Origin: a virus | Taxonomy: Duplodnaviria > Caudoviricetes | Direction: 5' to 3' (one strand) | IMG/VR virus record: IMGVR_UViG_3300033074_000977 | Location: 9,729 to 73,728 of that record | Length of the DNA stretch: 64,000 bases | Part shown: positions 25,001-34,400 of the stretch, piece by piece | Layout of the letters: each line of letters opens with the position of its first letter | Position numbering within the stretch: position 1 is the first letter of the stretch | Notes under the pieces: model-generated | Seen by the model: only the letters and a program-made list of their open reading frames with translations | Database searches by the model: none | What the model was told of the DNA's origin: nothing | Translations under genes and position numbers: made by a program

Positions 25001-28000
25001 CGTAATCAGGATCCGGTTGGATGTTCAATGGGATAGCTTGACCTTGGTAGAGGACGGCTTCGCGCATTGCGGGGGTGATGTCGAATGCGTATCCTTTCAA
25101 AGATACATCCTTGTTGACTGTAAACGACTCCGCAAATCCGTGCAGATCTGGATCTAACAAGGCAAAAATATCTTCAATGTCATCAGGGGTTGCAAGAGAT
25201 TGCTCAGTTGTATCCGGCTTGTGGAACTCATCAACCTTCCCACCGAATTTCTTCAGAATATTATTCGTCGTATTGATCAAATTCCGATCATAGAACCACC
25301 CCGACTTCCCACCCACCGACTTATCTGCATCCTCCCCACGTACCCATGCCACCCGATCATAACCATTCTCAGCAGCGTAGCGGATCATCCGCCGCATAGC
25401 TAACTCAGGCCAGGTCTTTTTGAAGGGGCCGTCCGGGACTTTTAGATCTGAATCACGCTTCATTCTGTTTAACTTGGTAGTTAACACGGCTGCTTGTTTA
25501 TTTAACTCTTCATAACGAGCGTATATTTCATCTGTAGGGTTACGCATGTATTCTACATAGGCTTTATCAGCTAACTCAATAGCCTTAGTTCGCTGATTAT
25601 CCAGTTCGTCCAAAGCTTTATTATCACCTATGTATCCCTGCTTCGCCCCAGCCTGATGCCAGTCACTCTGCACTTCCTCGATAAACAACACCTTCTCACC
25701 GTTGCTGCCAGTGCGGTCGGTCATGCGCACATGGGCTAGGATGTTCGGTTCATCGAAGTGGCTTGAGCGGTAGTTATCATCGGCTGCCGGAATTCTAGGA
25801 TCATCCTCAGCAATCCAACGATCATCTACGCCGCCCTTCTCAGGTAATGTAAGTAACAACTCCCGGTAGTTCGAGGATTCACCGGGTTGGACATAGGTGG
25901 AATACTTAGTTGTATCTTTACTCAGCTTCTGTTCTAGGGCTTCCCGTTGACGATTAAGTTCAGCCAACTCCGCGTTTTCTTCGTCTGTCAGTAATCTGGC
26001 TAACCTTCCATCAGGATAAAACTCATTGTACCAACTATCAATTGCGGCATTTACTTTACGCAATTCAACGAAGTCTTGTTGATCCCTACCTTTCCAAACC
26101 TCCTTCACCTCAACCTGCCTCCGTGCCACCTCCGCCAACACCTCATCCCTAGTAACCTTCCTCCCGCCCTGCTCCTCCAACCAATCCTGCACCCCAGTCC
26201 ATTCCAACTCCCCTGGGCGTAACCCTGCATTCTTTAACTGTGCTTGAAGTTGTTTCGCGGGCACCGGCCCATTGACCTTACTCTTAATATACCGCTCCAG
26301 CCCGCTGTACCAAGTTGGCGCGAGGATATCTGCGTCATAGTTTGGATCTTGTTGCTTGCTAAGATGCGGCTGACGGTTCACACCATACCCATTGTCAGGT
26401 AGCCGCTCCGGGAACTTCGGCGTTTCCACTCCCCGCCATTCCAACCCCAACCGCTTACCACTAACCGGATCCCGCGAATAACGCACTCGATTAGCTTCAT
26501 ATAGTCTCTTGAAAGCTACAGCGGCTACCTCCCGATCCATCCGCCCCACCCACACCTGCTCCATCACCCCCGGCCCGTGTTTATCCATCACCGCCGCAAA
26601 GTAATCCCCGACCAACACCCCGCGCTCCTGCTTACTCAACCCCAACCCAGGATCCGGCCCAGGCTGCGCGGCATATGCAATCGCCTCATTCGTCCATTCC
26701 ACCGGGTCGTACCCTTGCAGCGGCGACTTACTATCCCCTATCCCTAAAATAACCTTCGCGCCAATCGGATGATCCGCCAGCCACCCAGGGCTGACCGTAG
26801 CCCGCGGGTCCACCCCCAGCTCCTTGGCGATTTTATCCGTCTGGACATGGATGCTCTCGTGCCCGGTTACGGTTTGATCGAACGCACGTGCTACTGGGTT
26901 AGCCGGATCCGCCGCTTTCTGCTTATTCAACACCCGTAACGCTGCGGATCGTTCACCGCCAGCTGTGGCAGCTTGTAGATGTTCAGCTAAACTCTCGAAC
27001 ACCACCGCGCCCGTGGCTAGGTCATTCAACTTCGGATCACCATTCGGTAGCTGCTTGATAGTTTCCTTGAACTGTGCTGCCTTCTCTAGTAAATGCTCCG
27101 CTACCAGCCCGGCATCACGCGCGGGTAAACTCATCCCCTGCGCCACCCCGGACATTATCTTACTGCCGGGTAATACTGCCTGACTTGCACGGTCAATCAC
27201 TGCCGCCGCTTGTGGGTTAAGGTACAGCACGCCTTCCGGGTCGGCTGGATTATCCACCAGTTGCACGCGTGCTTTATTAAGTAATCCAACCGTGACCCGG
27301 TTATCCCAGGGCAGATCCTGCGGTTGCCAGAAGTCCTGTCGCAAGGCAGCTAAGTTATCTGGAGGTAGGTCTAAGTTGTAGCTACTCGGATCCAACTCAC
27401 CGCTCATCCGTGTCGCAGCCTGGGTAGCCTTGCGTGACCTGCCACTCCCGCCCAATACCACCGGGTCCATAATCACGTTCGCCACACCGCCGTGTAAGTA
27501 ATCCAGCCAGTCCGGCGCAGGCTGACCTGGATGTAACATTCCATCCACTCCAGTCTGTGCTATCCCACCTACCAGCTGCGCGCCTGCCTGTGCGGCTACG
27601 GGAGACTTCTTCAACAGATCCACCACCGGCCCCGTGCGCGGAGTCTTCCGTATCACATTCGCAGTCTTACCCAACGCTGACAGCAGCACCCCTTCCGCCG
27701 CCCCTTGCACGAATGCACCAGCTAAGGTGGCAGGATCCTGCTCACCAGCTGCGTGTAGCGACTCCGCTTTGTAAACCCCGAACCCAGCTGCTGGACCAAG
27801 TAGCTCCGTCGCCACTGCCATCTGTGGGAGTTGGATACCCAGCTGCGTCAGAAATCCCACCGTGCGATCCAACGCTCCACGTTCTTTAATCGGTCGCGCA
27901 ATGTCGTAATTCTCGAATGTCGGTGCAGATTCCTTGGCGATGTTACTAAGCGCCTTCCCCAGATCGCCCAGCACGGTTGGCATGTCATCTGACCCGAACA

Positions 28001-28508
28001 CGTCCTGTAGAACTTGACCAGTTAAGGCTAGGCTGTTGTTCAACCCTTGGTAGCCGTAGCGCATTATTGAACTTAGCACCAACCCAGATCCAGGTTGAAT
28101 TGCACCGGTAGCCGATAACGTAATATCCGGCACCGTAGTCAGCTCCTCGAACCGACGTGCCTCCGCCTCGCGCTCATCGCGTAGCCGATAATCCGCCAAC
28201 TCAGCTGGAGTCATCCGGGCGTTCTCTATGAAGGCGTATACCCTGCGTGCACGCCAGTCGAATGGGTTAGCCGGATCCGCCGCCTGCATAGCCGGTTGAT
28301 CAGCTAGCTTACGCGCTACCTTGCTTACCCGGGCACGCGGCTTAGCCACCGGACGCTTGCTCGCAGCTGCCACCACCTTCTCAGCTGTAGTCTGTCCAGG
28401 GTTAAACGCGAGTTTCTTCAGCGGATCTACATAATCCTGCGGCTGGTCTAGGTCGCTGATGATCGCAGCTGGAATTACTTTGCGCTGCTTCTTGCTTTGT
28501 GGAGGCAT
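22089..28508 (-). CDS. large internal virion/ejection protein, polyvalent type (2139 aa)
   Basis: HESIH zincin motif with downstream Glu; conserved block YRELLLTLP..SHFDEPN..HVR..IEEVQSDWHQ..PFKKTW; position after the tail genes. Confidence 0.7.
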   Translation of the reverse strand: MPPQSKKQRKVIPAAIISDLDQPQDYVDPLKKLAFNPGQTTAEKVVAAASKRPVAKPRARVSKVARKLADQPAMQAADPANPFDWRARRVYAFIENARMTPAELADYRLRDEREAEARRFEELTTVPDITLSATGAIQPGSGLVLSSIMRYGYQGLNNSLALTGQVLQDVFGSDDMPTVLGDLGKALSNIAKESAPTFENYDIARPIKERGALDRTVGFLTQLGIQLPQMAVATELLGPAAGFGVYKAESLHAAGEQDPATLAGAFVQGAAEGVLLSALGKTANVIRKTPRTGPVVDLLKKSPVAAQAGAQLVGGIAQTGVDGMLHPGQPAPDWLDYLHGGVANVIMDPVVLGGSGRSRKATQAATRMSGELDPSSYNLDLPPDNLAALRQDFWQPQDLPWDNRVTVGLLNKARVQLVDNPADPEGVLYLNPQAAAVIDRASQAVLPGSKIMSGVAQGMSLPARDAGLVAEHLLEKAAQFKETIKQLPNGDPKLNDLATGAVVFESLAEHLQAATAGGERSAALRVLNKQKAADPANPVARAFDQTVTGHESIHVQTDKIAKELGVDPRATVSPGWLADHPIGAKVILGIGDSKSPLQGYDPVEWTNEAIAYAAQPGPDPGLGLSKQERGVLVGDYFAAVMDKHGPGVMEQVWVGRMDREVAAVAFKRLYEANRVRYSRDPVSGKRLGLEWRGVETPKFPERLPDNGYGVNRQPHLSKQQDPNYDADILAPTWYSGLERYIKSKVNGPVPAKQLQAQLKNAGLRPGELEWTGVQDWLEEQGGRKVTRDEVLAEVARRQVEVKEVWKGRDQQDFVELRKVNAAIDSWYNEFYPDGRLARLLTDEENAELAELNRQREALEQKLSKDTTKYSTYVQPGESSNYRELLLTLPEKGGVDDRWIAEDDPRIPAADDNYRSSHFDEPNILAHVRMTDRTGSNGEKVLFIEEVQSDWHQAGAKQGYIGDNKALDELDNQRTKAIELADKAYVEYMRNPTDEIYARYEELNKQAAVLTTKLNRMKRDSDLKVPDGPFKKTWPELAMRRMIRYAAENGYDRVAWVRGEDADKSVGGKSGWFYDRNLINTTNNILKKFGGKVDEFHKPDTTEQSLATPDDIEDIFALLDPDLHGFAESFTVNKDVSLKGYAFDITPAMREAVLYQGQAIPLNIQPDPDYDAANPAGEAADEAAGKLELDPDITHLRKTNASSEISQQVATQREAERKAYREIANLRARIRRNNDLAAAATKMQQDAGLPQPELDAEIQQLGTELKQQHVAAVKKFRELRSRGSVLKGELAGQLGDNTARKRAEAKLAAKGRLANGDQLPPIDAPLDQVRMSNEYGNFLANVAKDMLIASDVPLLDSSEMSTTDQLINAMRTGRTTVPQLDEVAKRYGLKDTVELFERFRQFGSAAGRDLNIFARQQREINKLRGLSPELDDWINSRPPTMQEIDAIANGPSIARQLVNLNIGATIAQLATQTPNVVTGLVNATGVRSIINLADQVIERAIGSKRELTGGPGEPSKFEQNSVPPLSTVLAPVFAASNVTKDILNNPYWFAHGKLKDGTLNDPADRPAEKSIRIAQELHNFQPELMRKFDSQLSDDVIQIHLLPHAEAVQAERDALTLLKNQVTNMPAGADKFQRLARIKEAEARLAKSDRWLPKVLHEASRGLHKYLTLARMGERFVRTISLVSNLETEAARYGLDLEQLDTANEIHKLPAAVVERAVNQALQDTYATRPEPGSLTAQAYNWYAKSNDPAAVLTSAVFPFVGFMGNYAKMVLDYSPLPIIKAALVGAGESGPTVENHQKLIKATLGTAVYVAVAAMIEDKYDEAERTGKPVGSWHSVGGVSVRNVPQLVAPLYVADYIARQRRGLAAPEADSALEFFNILAGLDMRNITGTFKWLDDLITAAQDQTGNKGTKAAEAAATAFSDWFGRYLTPLNMYTDIGAQYFTSMRDVKDLYGMGAGSLFAPILNRVPVAREQLSDKIDPYTGMPVHRTDLPAIKAITGFTVLPEQSYPARIFQHAGIKLTDWIPFTGVTEVDRDLVATIGRLMKERTADLEATQQHMDIDQKIVDTYDVARAVADDAFEEVLSRYPEVERKLEDAGEFNRWERRVEDKERKRAGRPTLAEEQLQLMQQRKAAAGSVNK

Positions 28509-28513
28509 AGGGT

Positions 28514-30067
28514 TTATTTCTTCCGCACTAATAACTTGCTGCCGTCGCTACTCACCGACAACACCAGAAACACACCGCGTTCCGTGGTGACAGTCTGACC
28601 TTTCGTCACAGCTCCAGGTTTAATCCCGAACCCTTGTGGATTCAGTAGGAAGATCTTAGGATCACCATACACGCGCGCGAGCGAACGAATCGGCGCATCT
28701 GGGGGTGGAGTTGATTCGTCGTCGATGTAGTAGTCGTGTTGAGTGTATTGTGTGTCCGCTGTGGTGGTAGTTTGTTCCTGACGCAGCACACGGTCAAGGT
28801 CTAATTGCTGACCACCGGTACCTCCACTAACTCCTCTAGGGACTGATTTACTCACGGTACTCTTGGCTTGTTTCGCAGCCGCTAACTTAGTCTGCGCAGC
28901 AGTTAACGCAGCCGTTACCTTACGGTACTCCTCAACCTCGCCCTTCGTACTCTTGCGATTGAACATCTCAGCTTCGATACGTTCAGCCGGGGTATTGGGT
29001 AACTTACTCCGCCAGTTATTCCAGATGTTATCCTTGAGCTGTTGCAGTCGCTGCACTTCAGCCATAGCCTCAGCCTCATCCTGCTGCGCTTTAAGCACAT
29101 CGGTACGATCCTGGCGTTGAATCGTAGCCGCCTGCCCACCCGTAACCCCACCCCGCCCAGCATTCGCCAACGCTTCAGCAGTCTTAGCCTGCTTATACGG
29201 CACCCCTAACTCCGCCGAACTAGCCTGCGACTCCTTGACCCGGGCAATCATCTGCCGTGCGCGCAAGGTATACGCCTTCATAATCGGATCATCTTCACCG
29301 ACCGCATCCAAATCCAACCCTTCGTTAGCTGCTAGCGCGCGAGCTATGGAAGCTTCCTGGCGGCGGGTAGGGTCGGAGGCAGTTGCCTTGCCGCTGCTAC
29401 GAATCGTAGCGATGTTCTCTTTTTCAGTGCTACCTCGCCGAATCGGCTTCTCGTGAATCTCGCCAGTCTTCTGATCGTACAACTGCACGTACCGCTCACC
29501 AGTATCCGGGTCAGTGATAATCCCTAACGGTTGGTACTTGCCATCTGATGGGAATTGGAACTTCCCGGATGGTGGCACATACCCAGCCCCTTGTTCAGCC
29601 ACTGACCGTACCCGACTAGCCGGTTCCTCACCTTGCTGCTGGGCTATCTCGGATTCATTCGGCAGCAATTCTGCGAACTTACCTAAGAACTGTGCCTGCG
29701 CAGTATGATCCGCCTGGGGGTTCCAAACTTCCTTCCAGCCTCTCTGGGTTTTCGGATGAAGGATGCTGGTTAGCAGCTGTAGCTTCTTGGGCGTGTTCTC
29801 AGGTGAATCCGGGATCGCATCCAGTATCGCCAAGCTTTGCTGAATCGCCGCGTCATCCTGTGACTTAGCTTCTTCCCGGCGACGATTATGCTCACCGATA
29901 ACGCCCGCCATCAATCCCTGAAAAGGAGTCTGGGGTGCTGCGGCAGTAGCCTGCTGTGGTGCGTAGTTATCCCGCACCTGCCCAGCGCGCTGTGCAACCT
30001 GCTGCAACACCTGCATCAGCTGGGATAGTGACTGGGCACCGTATTTCGCGTTTGATACTGATGGCAT
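28514..30067 (-). CDS. putative internal virion/ejection protein (517 aa)
   Basis: Q/A-rich coiled-coil; position in the ejectosome gene block. Confidence 0.55.
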   Translation of the reverse strand: MPSVSNAKYGAQSLSQLMQVLQQVAQRAGQVRDNYAPQQATAAAPQTPFQGLMAGVIGEHNRRREEAKSQDDAAIQQSLAILDAIPDSPENTPKKLQLLTSILHPKTQRGWKEVWNPQADHTAQAQFLGKFAELLPNESEIAQQQGEEPASRVRSVAEQGAGYVPPSGKFQFPSDGKYQPLGIITDPDTGERYVQLYDQKTGEIHEKPIRRGSTEKENIATIRSSGKATASDPTRRQEASIARALAANEGLDLDAVGEDDPIMKAYTLRARQMIARVKESQASSAELGVPYKQAKTAEALANAGRGGVTGGQAATIQRQDRTDVLKAQQDEAEAMAEVQRLQQLKDNIWNNWRSKLPNTPAERIEAEMFNRKSTKGEVEEYRKVTAALTAAQTKLAAAKQAKSTVSKSVPRGVSGGTGGQQLDLDRVLRQEQTTTTADTQYTQHDYYIDDESTPPPDAPIRSLARVYGDPKIFLLNPQGFGIKPGAVTKGQTVTTERGVFLVLSVSSDGSKLLVRKK

Positions 30068-30091
30068 GGTTTGAGTAAACTCCTTATCAAC

Positions 30092-30886
30092 TTAGGCCAA
30101 CACAATCCCCGAATAATCCGGGCCTTTCAACCCAGCCGTACTTCCCCCGCCGCCGCCCTTGCCAGCTTTGATCTGACCCATAATATCCGTCAGCAACGGC
30201 CCTAGCCCCTGCAACACCCCAGCCATCCCCTGATCCTTGCGAGCTTTATCCGACATCTGCCCAGTCAGCATTGAAGTGATCGCCTGCAATACCGCAGACG
30301 CTTGCTCGGTGGATAAATTTCCCCACTGGATAGCTTGGTTGCCGGTAGCTTGACCGGTCTGCAACGCCCCAGCAGCTGCTTGCGCGCGTGCTTGTGGGAT
30401 GAGTTCCATCAGCGCACGGTTACGGTCAAACCCAGCATTAGCCAATCGTTGGTTCCGCCCGCCGCCCCTGGGTGCGAACATCCCGATCTGATTCAGCAAC
30501 CCTTGGAATTGGTCGTTCACAGCGGTACGTTGCGGGCCTAGGACGCTGTTCAATGCGGTAGGGTTATCGTTAGATAGGATACCCTGGTAGTAGTTGGACG
30601 CAGCGGTCAGATTGGGTAGCGCGAGGTCATACATCGCGTTCTGTTTGTCGCGCGACTGCCCGGACCAGTTCATTAAGTTGTTAAGGCTGGGGTCGATTTT
30701 ATTCTCCAGCTGTTTCTGGAGCTTCGACTTCCCACCCGTGAACAACCCGGCAATCCCACCGATCCCTGCACCAATCGCCATCCCCACTGGACCGCCGATA
30801 GCACCGATCTGCGCGCCGGTTGCTGCACCGCCCAAAGCGCCTGACAAACTTGGCAAATTACACCTCCTTAGAAAACCTGCACCCAA
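30092..30886 (-). CDS. putative DNA ejection/pilot protein
   Basis: Gly/Ala-rich hydrophobic N-terminus GAATGAQIGAIGGPVGMAIGAGIGG followed by a Q/N-rich helix. Confidence 0.65.
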   Translation of the reverse strand: MGAGFLRRCNLPSLSGALGGAATGAQIGAIGGPVGMAIGAGIGGIAGLFTGGKSKLQKQLENKIDPSLNNLMNWSGQSRDKQNAMYDLALPNLTAASNYYQGILSNDNPTALNSVLGPQRTAVNDQFQGLLNQIGMFAPRGGGRNQRLANAGFDRNRALMELIPQARAQAAAGALQTGQATGNQAIQWGNLSTEQASAVLQAITSMLTGQMSDKARKDQGMAGVLQGLGPLLTDIMGQIKAGKGGGGGSTAGLKGPDYSGIVLA

Positions 30887-31227
30887 GTGGCAGTTTCGTT
30901 ATCCGAATAAACACATTCATAAATAGCTGGGGTGTTGGGTAAGTACCATTTACTCCCAGCTGTGTAACCAGATGATAAGTTATCAGCGGTAGTAGGGGCG
31001 GCGGTTGCATTTAGGTTCCGCACGCGCGCTATTTGAGTTAACCCTAAGTCAGTCAACACCTGATCAGGTAAGGGTTGCGGTTGGGGTTGTGGCGGTATGG
31101 GAATGAACTCAACCGGGGGCGTGGCGGCGGCACGGTTAGACAGCTCGCCAAGTTTACTTGCTACGTCACGCAGGTAACGTTGAAGTTGAGTTGGATCCTT
31201 TACTTCGTTTGGAGTTATTTCACGCAT
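30868..31227 (-). CDS. hypothetical virion-associated protein
   Basis: ATG at 31227; Pro-rich linker and a C-terminal beta domain. Confidence 0.55.
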   Translation of the reverse strand: MREITPNEVKDPTQLQRYLRDVASKLGELSNRAAATPPVEFIPIPPQPQPQPLPDQVLTDLGLTQIARVRNLNATAAPTTADNLSSGYTAGSKWYLPNTPAIYECVYSDNETATWVQVF

Positions 31228-31232
31228 AGTTA

Positions 31233-31445
31233 TCAACTTCCCAGCTGCCTGAAGTATTCTCGCTTAAACTCTGTCAACGTAGTACATCTGCCTACCTCTA
31301 TCTTGATCGGATGACACGGGCAACTAGCCAGATTACTATGCTCAACATCAACATCCCGATGCACCCAGACATCCGTATCAGGTGAACTGGTGTAGTACAA
31401 ATCCGCCAACGCATCTCCGAGTTCGGTGTAATGATTCTTTGGCAT
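31233..31445 (-). CDS. small hypothetical protein with H..CPCHP motif
   Basis: 70-aa ORF inserted between structural genes. Confidence 0.55.
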   Translation of the reverse strand: MPKNHYTELGDALADLYYTSSPDTDVWVHRDVDVEHSNLASCPCHPIKIEVGRCTTLTEFKREYFRQLGS

Positions 31446-31450
31446 AGCTG

Positions 31451-34400
31451 TTAAATCTCCGCTCCCGCTTCCATCCCAGTCGGCCCACCAAACGGCGTCA
31501 CCGTCCGATACGCCTGCTCGAAGCTCCTACCCCAATCCGCCACCTTCACACACGAGCTATTAAACACCCGCACACCGTCTGTATTCGCTAATCTAAACTG
31601 GTAGATTTTACCCTTGGTAGGGTCTAACCTCAAGTAATATCTTGCCATTACGCCCCCGGTGCTGGGGATTGGATACGTATATGCCACCCCGTCTATCGTT
31701 ACGGTAAGCGTAGTCTCGGAGTCACTCTCCAGGTCAATGTAGCTCTCCGCCACATGCTTCCACCCACAACTCCCAAGATCAGTCGGCGCGGTTTCCCAGA
31801 CAGTCGCGGACTCGGGATACGGCGTGACAATCCAGGTAACATTATAGATCCGCCAGGGATCCGCATCGGTAGGTACAATCCTTACCAACCTGCTCTTACC
31901 CGGTACCTCCAGCGAGAAGCTCCGGGGATCCCCCTGGCCATCCTGCTGGGTAGTAAAGCTCCCTAACGTGGCCTCACCATCCCCCTGCACTTCAAAAGTG
32001 CGACTTACGCCCAGTGTGTCTGCCTCCAGCACAAACCCCAACACACGCTTCGTGCCCGGTGTCCCACAGTCATCCCAGTCAGTTACACGTAGGTTACTCA
32101 GCTCGGGCCGCAGTAGTAAACTAGGTTCCCAGGTATACCAAACAAACCCGCCCCCGAACGCTGACTCGAATGTAAACCGTGCCCCCAGGTTGATCGCAAA
32201 TAAATCTTCTGGCAGATCAAACCTGGGCCGATTGCGGCCGATCTCCAAGGTTATGGTATCGGTCTGGATTAGGTTAGTGAATTCGTTAGAGTATATCGCA
32301 ACTTCCAGCTGATCACCCACGTCAGTAGCATCTAAGTTGCACTCGTAATCACCCCAGTGTTTCTGCGCACGAAACTCCCCAGCGTTGTATGCCATCGTAT
32401 CCCATTGACACTCGAAGGCATCGCCGTAGTCTTGCGTTAGCACACCAGTTAACGTCCCGACTTTGCTAGCGGTAGCGCACACCATTCGGTAGTCGGAGCT
32501 GTTCGCACCGATAGCTGGGTAGCGACAGCGCACGCCCTGATCAGCGTATTCATCGTACATCCAGGCACCACGTTGGATGGTGAGTACTAGCGTGGCCATG
32601 TCGATGACCAGCTCATTTGGGCGATCTTGAATGAGGTAGTCGAAGTATAACATTCCGGATAACGCGCTGAGCCGGAGATACATATCCTGCGTCATATCCG
32701 GGGCTGGGATCTGGTTAATATCCTTGCCCGGGATCCCGTCATGCGGGAATAGTTCGTATAACGCTTCAGTGGTGAGGGAGGTAGGCTGCCCACCTTCCGA
32801 GTAGTAGATGCCATCCTTACTTACAAAATAGATCAGCTTATCCACACACAACGCCCACGGAGCTACCAGCCCGCGTGAGTTGGCGATTTCCTGTGGGACA
32901 TAGGTGAGCGCGCCGGTGAGGTCGCGGGAAGCTGTCACCTGCCACATACGCTCACTGCTAAACACAAACACCCTGCCGTCGTACACGCAGCCGTTGATCA
33001 GCGGTTCGTTGGGTGGAGTTACTTCGATGTAGTTAGCGTCGGTAGTGGTGTTGGGGTCGTTTTCGTTGGTCCAGTATAAATAGCCCGGGTTAACTGGATC
33101 ACCGCAGGCGAAATAGACCAGTGCTTCAGCTCCGGTTCCATACGGGCCAAACACGCGCGACAGTGGTTTTCCCAGTCTAATTGGCGAAGGGAAGTAGAAA
33201 GATGTTGTTGTAGCAGCTCCAGCTGAGGCGGCAAGCTCGATGTGGGTAGTGTCAGCGGGTTGCTTGTAGAGTAAATGCGTTTTTCCATTGATCACAACCT
33301 CCGTCCCAGGTGCCCAGGTGGTATCGAAAGTATCCCCAGACAGCCAGATCATTTTATTGCCTACAATCCTGCACGTCCCACGCGCGGGTCGGCCAGCCGT
33401 AGCGAACGGTGCGTATAAGTTAAACCGCAGCAGTTGATTATTCGCTATACTCTCATCAGGTAAGTTATCGGTGAAAGTCGTAGTCGCACCTGCTGGGTTA
33501 TCCACCTGTCCAACATACAACCATTGCTTCAGCGTGCCACCATAGCGGTAGATATTAAGTTTCGTAACCTGCGGATCCGGGTGTTTTGCCAGTTGGATTT
33601 GGTTCTGCTGCCGCCGTGACAAGACACCAACTCGGGTGGCGGGACTCGGCAGGGATTCATCGCCAGTCGTATCATTCCAACCAGTATAGCGATAGTAATA
33701 AGCATCAGAGAAAACTGTCGGAGAGCTGTAGCTATCCAACGCATATCCACCTCCAATCCACCAACTGCTAATGGCACAGTCAACCGTAGCAGGCGTGGCC
33801 AGCTGCGTCAGCTGGAAGCTCGCCATAACCGCCGTGACATTCTTCAACGTCCGCGAACGATCCGTACCTACCCGCTGGAGATCCTTTACCTTGACGGTAA
33901 GTTGGTACCACTGCTCCTTACCAGACCCGATCTGAAACAACGGTTCGTTCTGATCGTTAACTGATACCCCATACCGATCCTGGAACTTCTTGAGGATTTC
34001 CCGTTTGTTCCCTGCGAATAGCCCTTTGGTCGTATCACCGAACCCAGACTTCAACGCACGAAAATCTGCTAATGCCTGGTCATAGCTGATCAGCTTCCCG
34101 GTTTCGTTATCGCGGACTAAAGTGTTCGGTCCAGCGTTGAACTTATCGTAAATGGATTTCTGGATCCGCCCGGGAGTGGCACCGACCAACGAGGTGGCCA
34201 GCTGAAAGTCAGCGTAGGATTGTAAGTCAGCAGCGCGGGCTGCGTAGAAGTAGTAGTTACGGGAAAGGTCAGTACCCGCGTAGGTATTTAGTATAGTTCC
34301 CGGATCCACGTCGAACCACAACCTTACCTCAATCAGCCGGTTGATGTCCTGGATGTATAACCCAATACTGATCTCATCATCCTCGGTGATGGTCTTGCCG

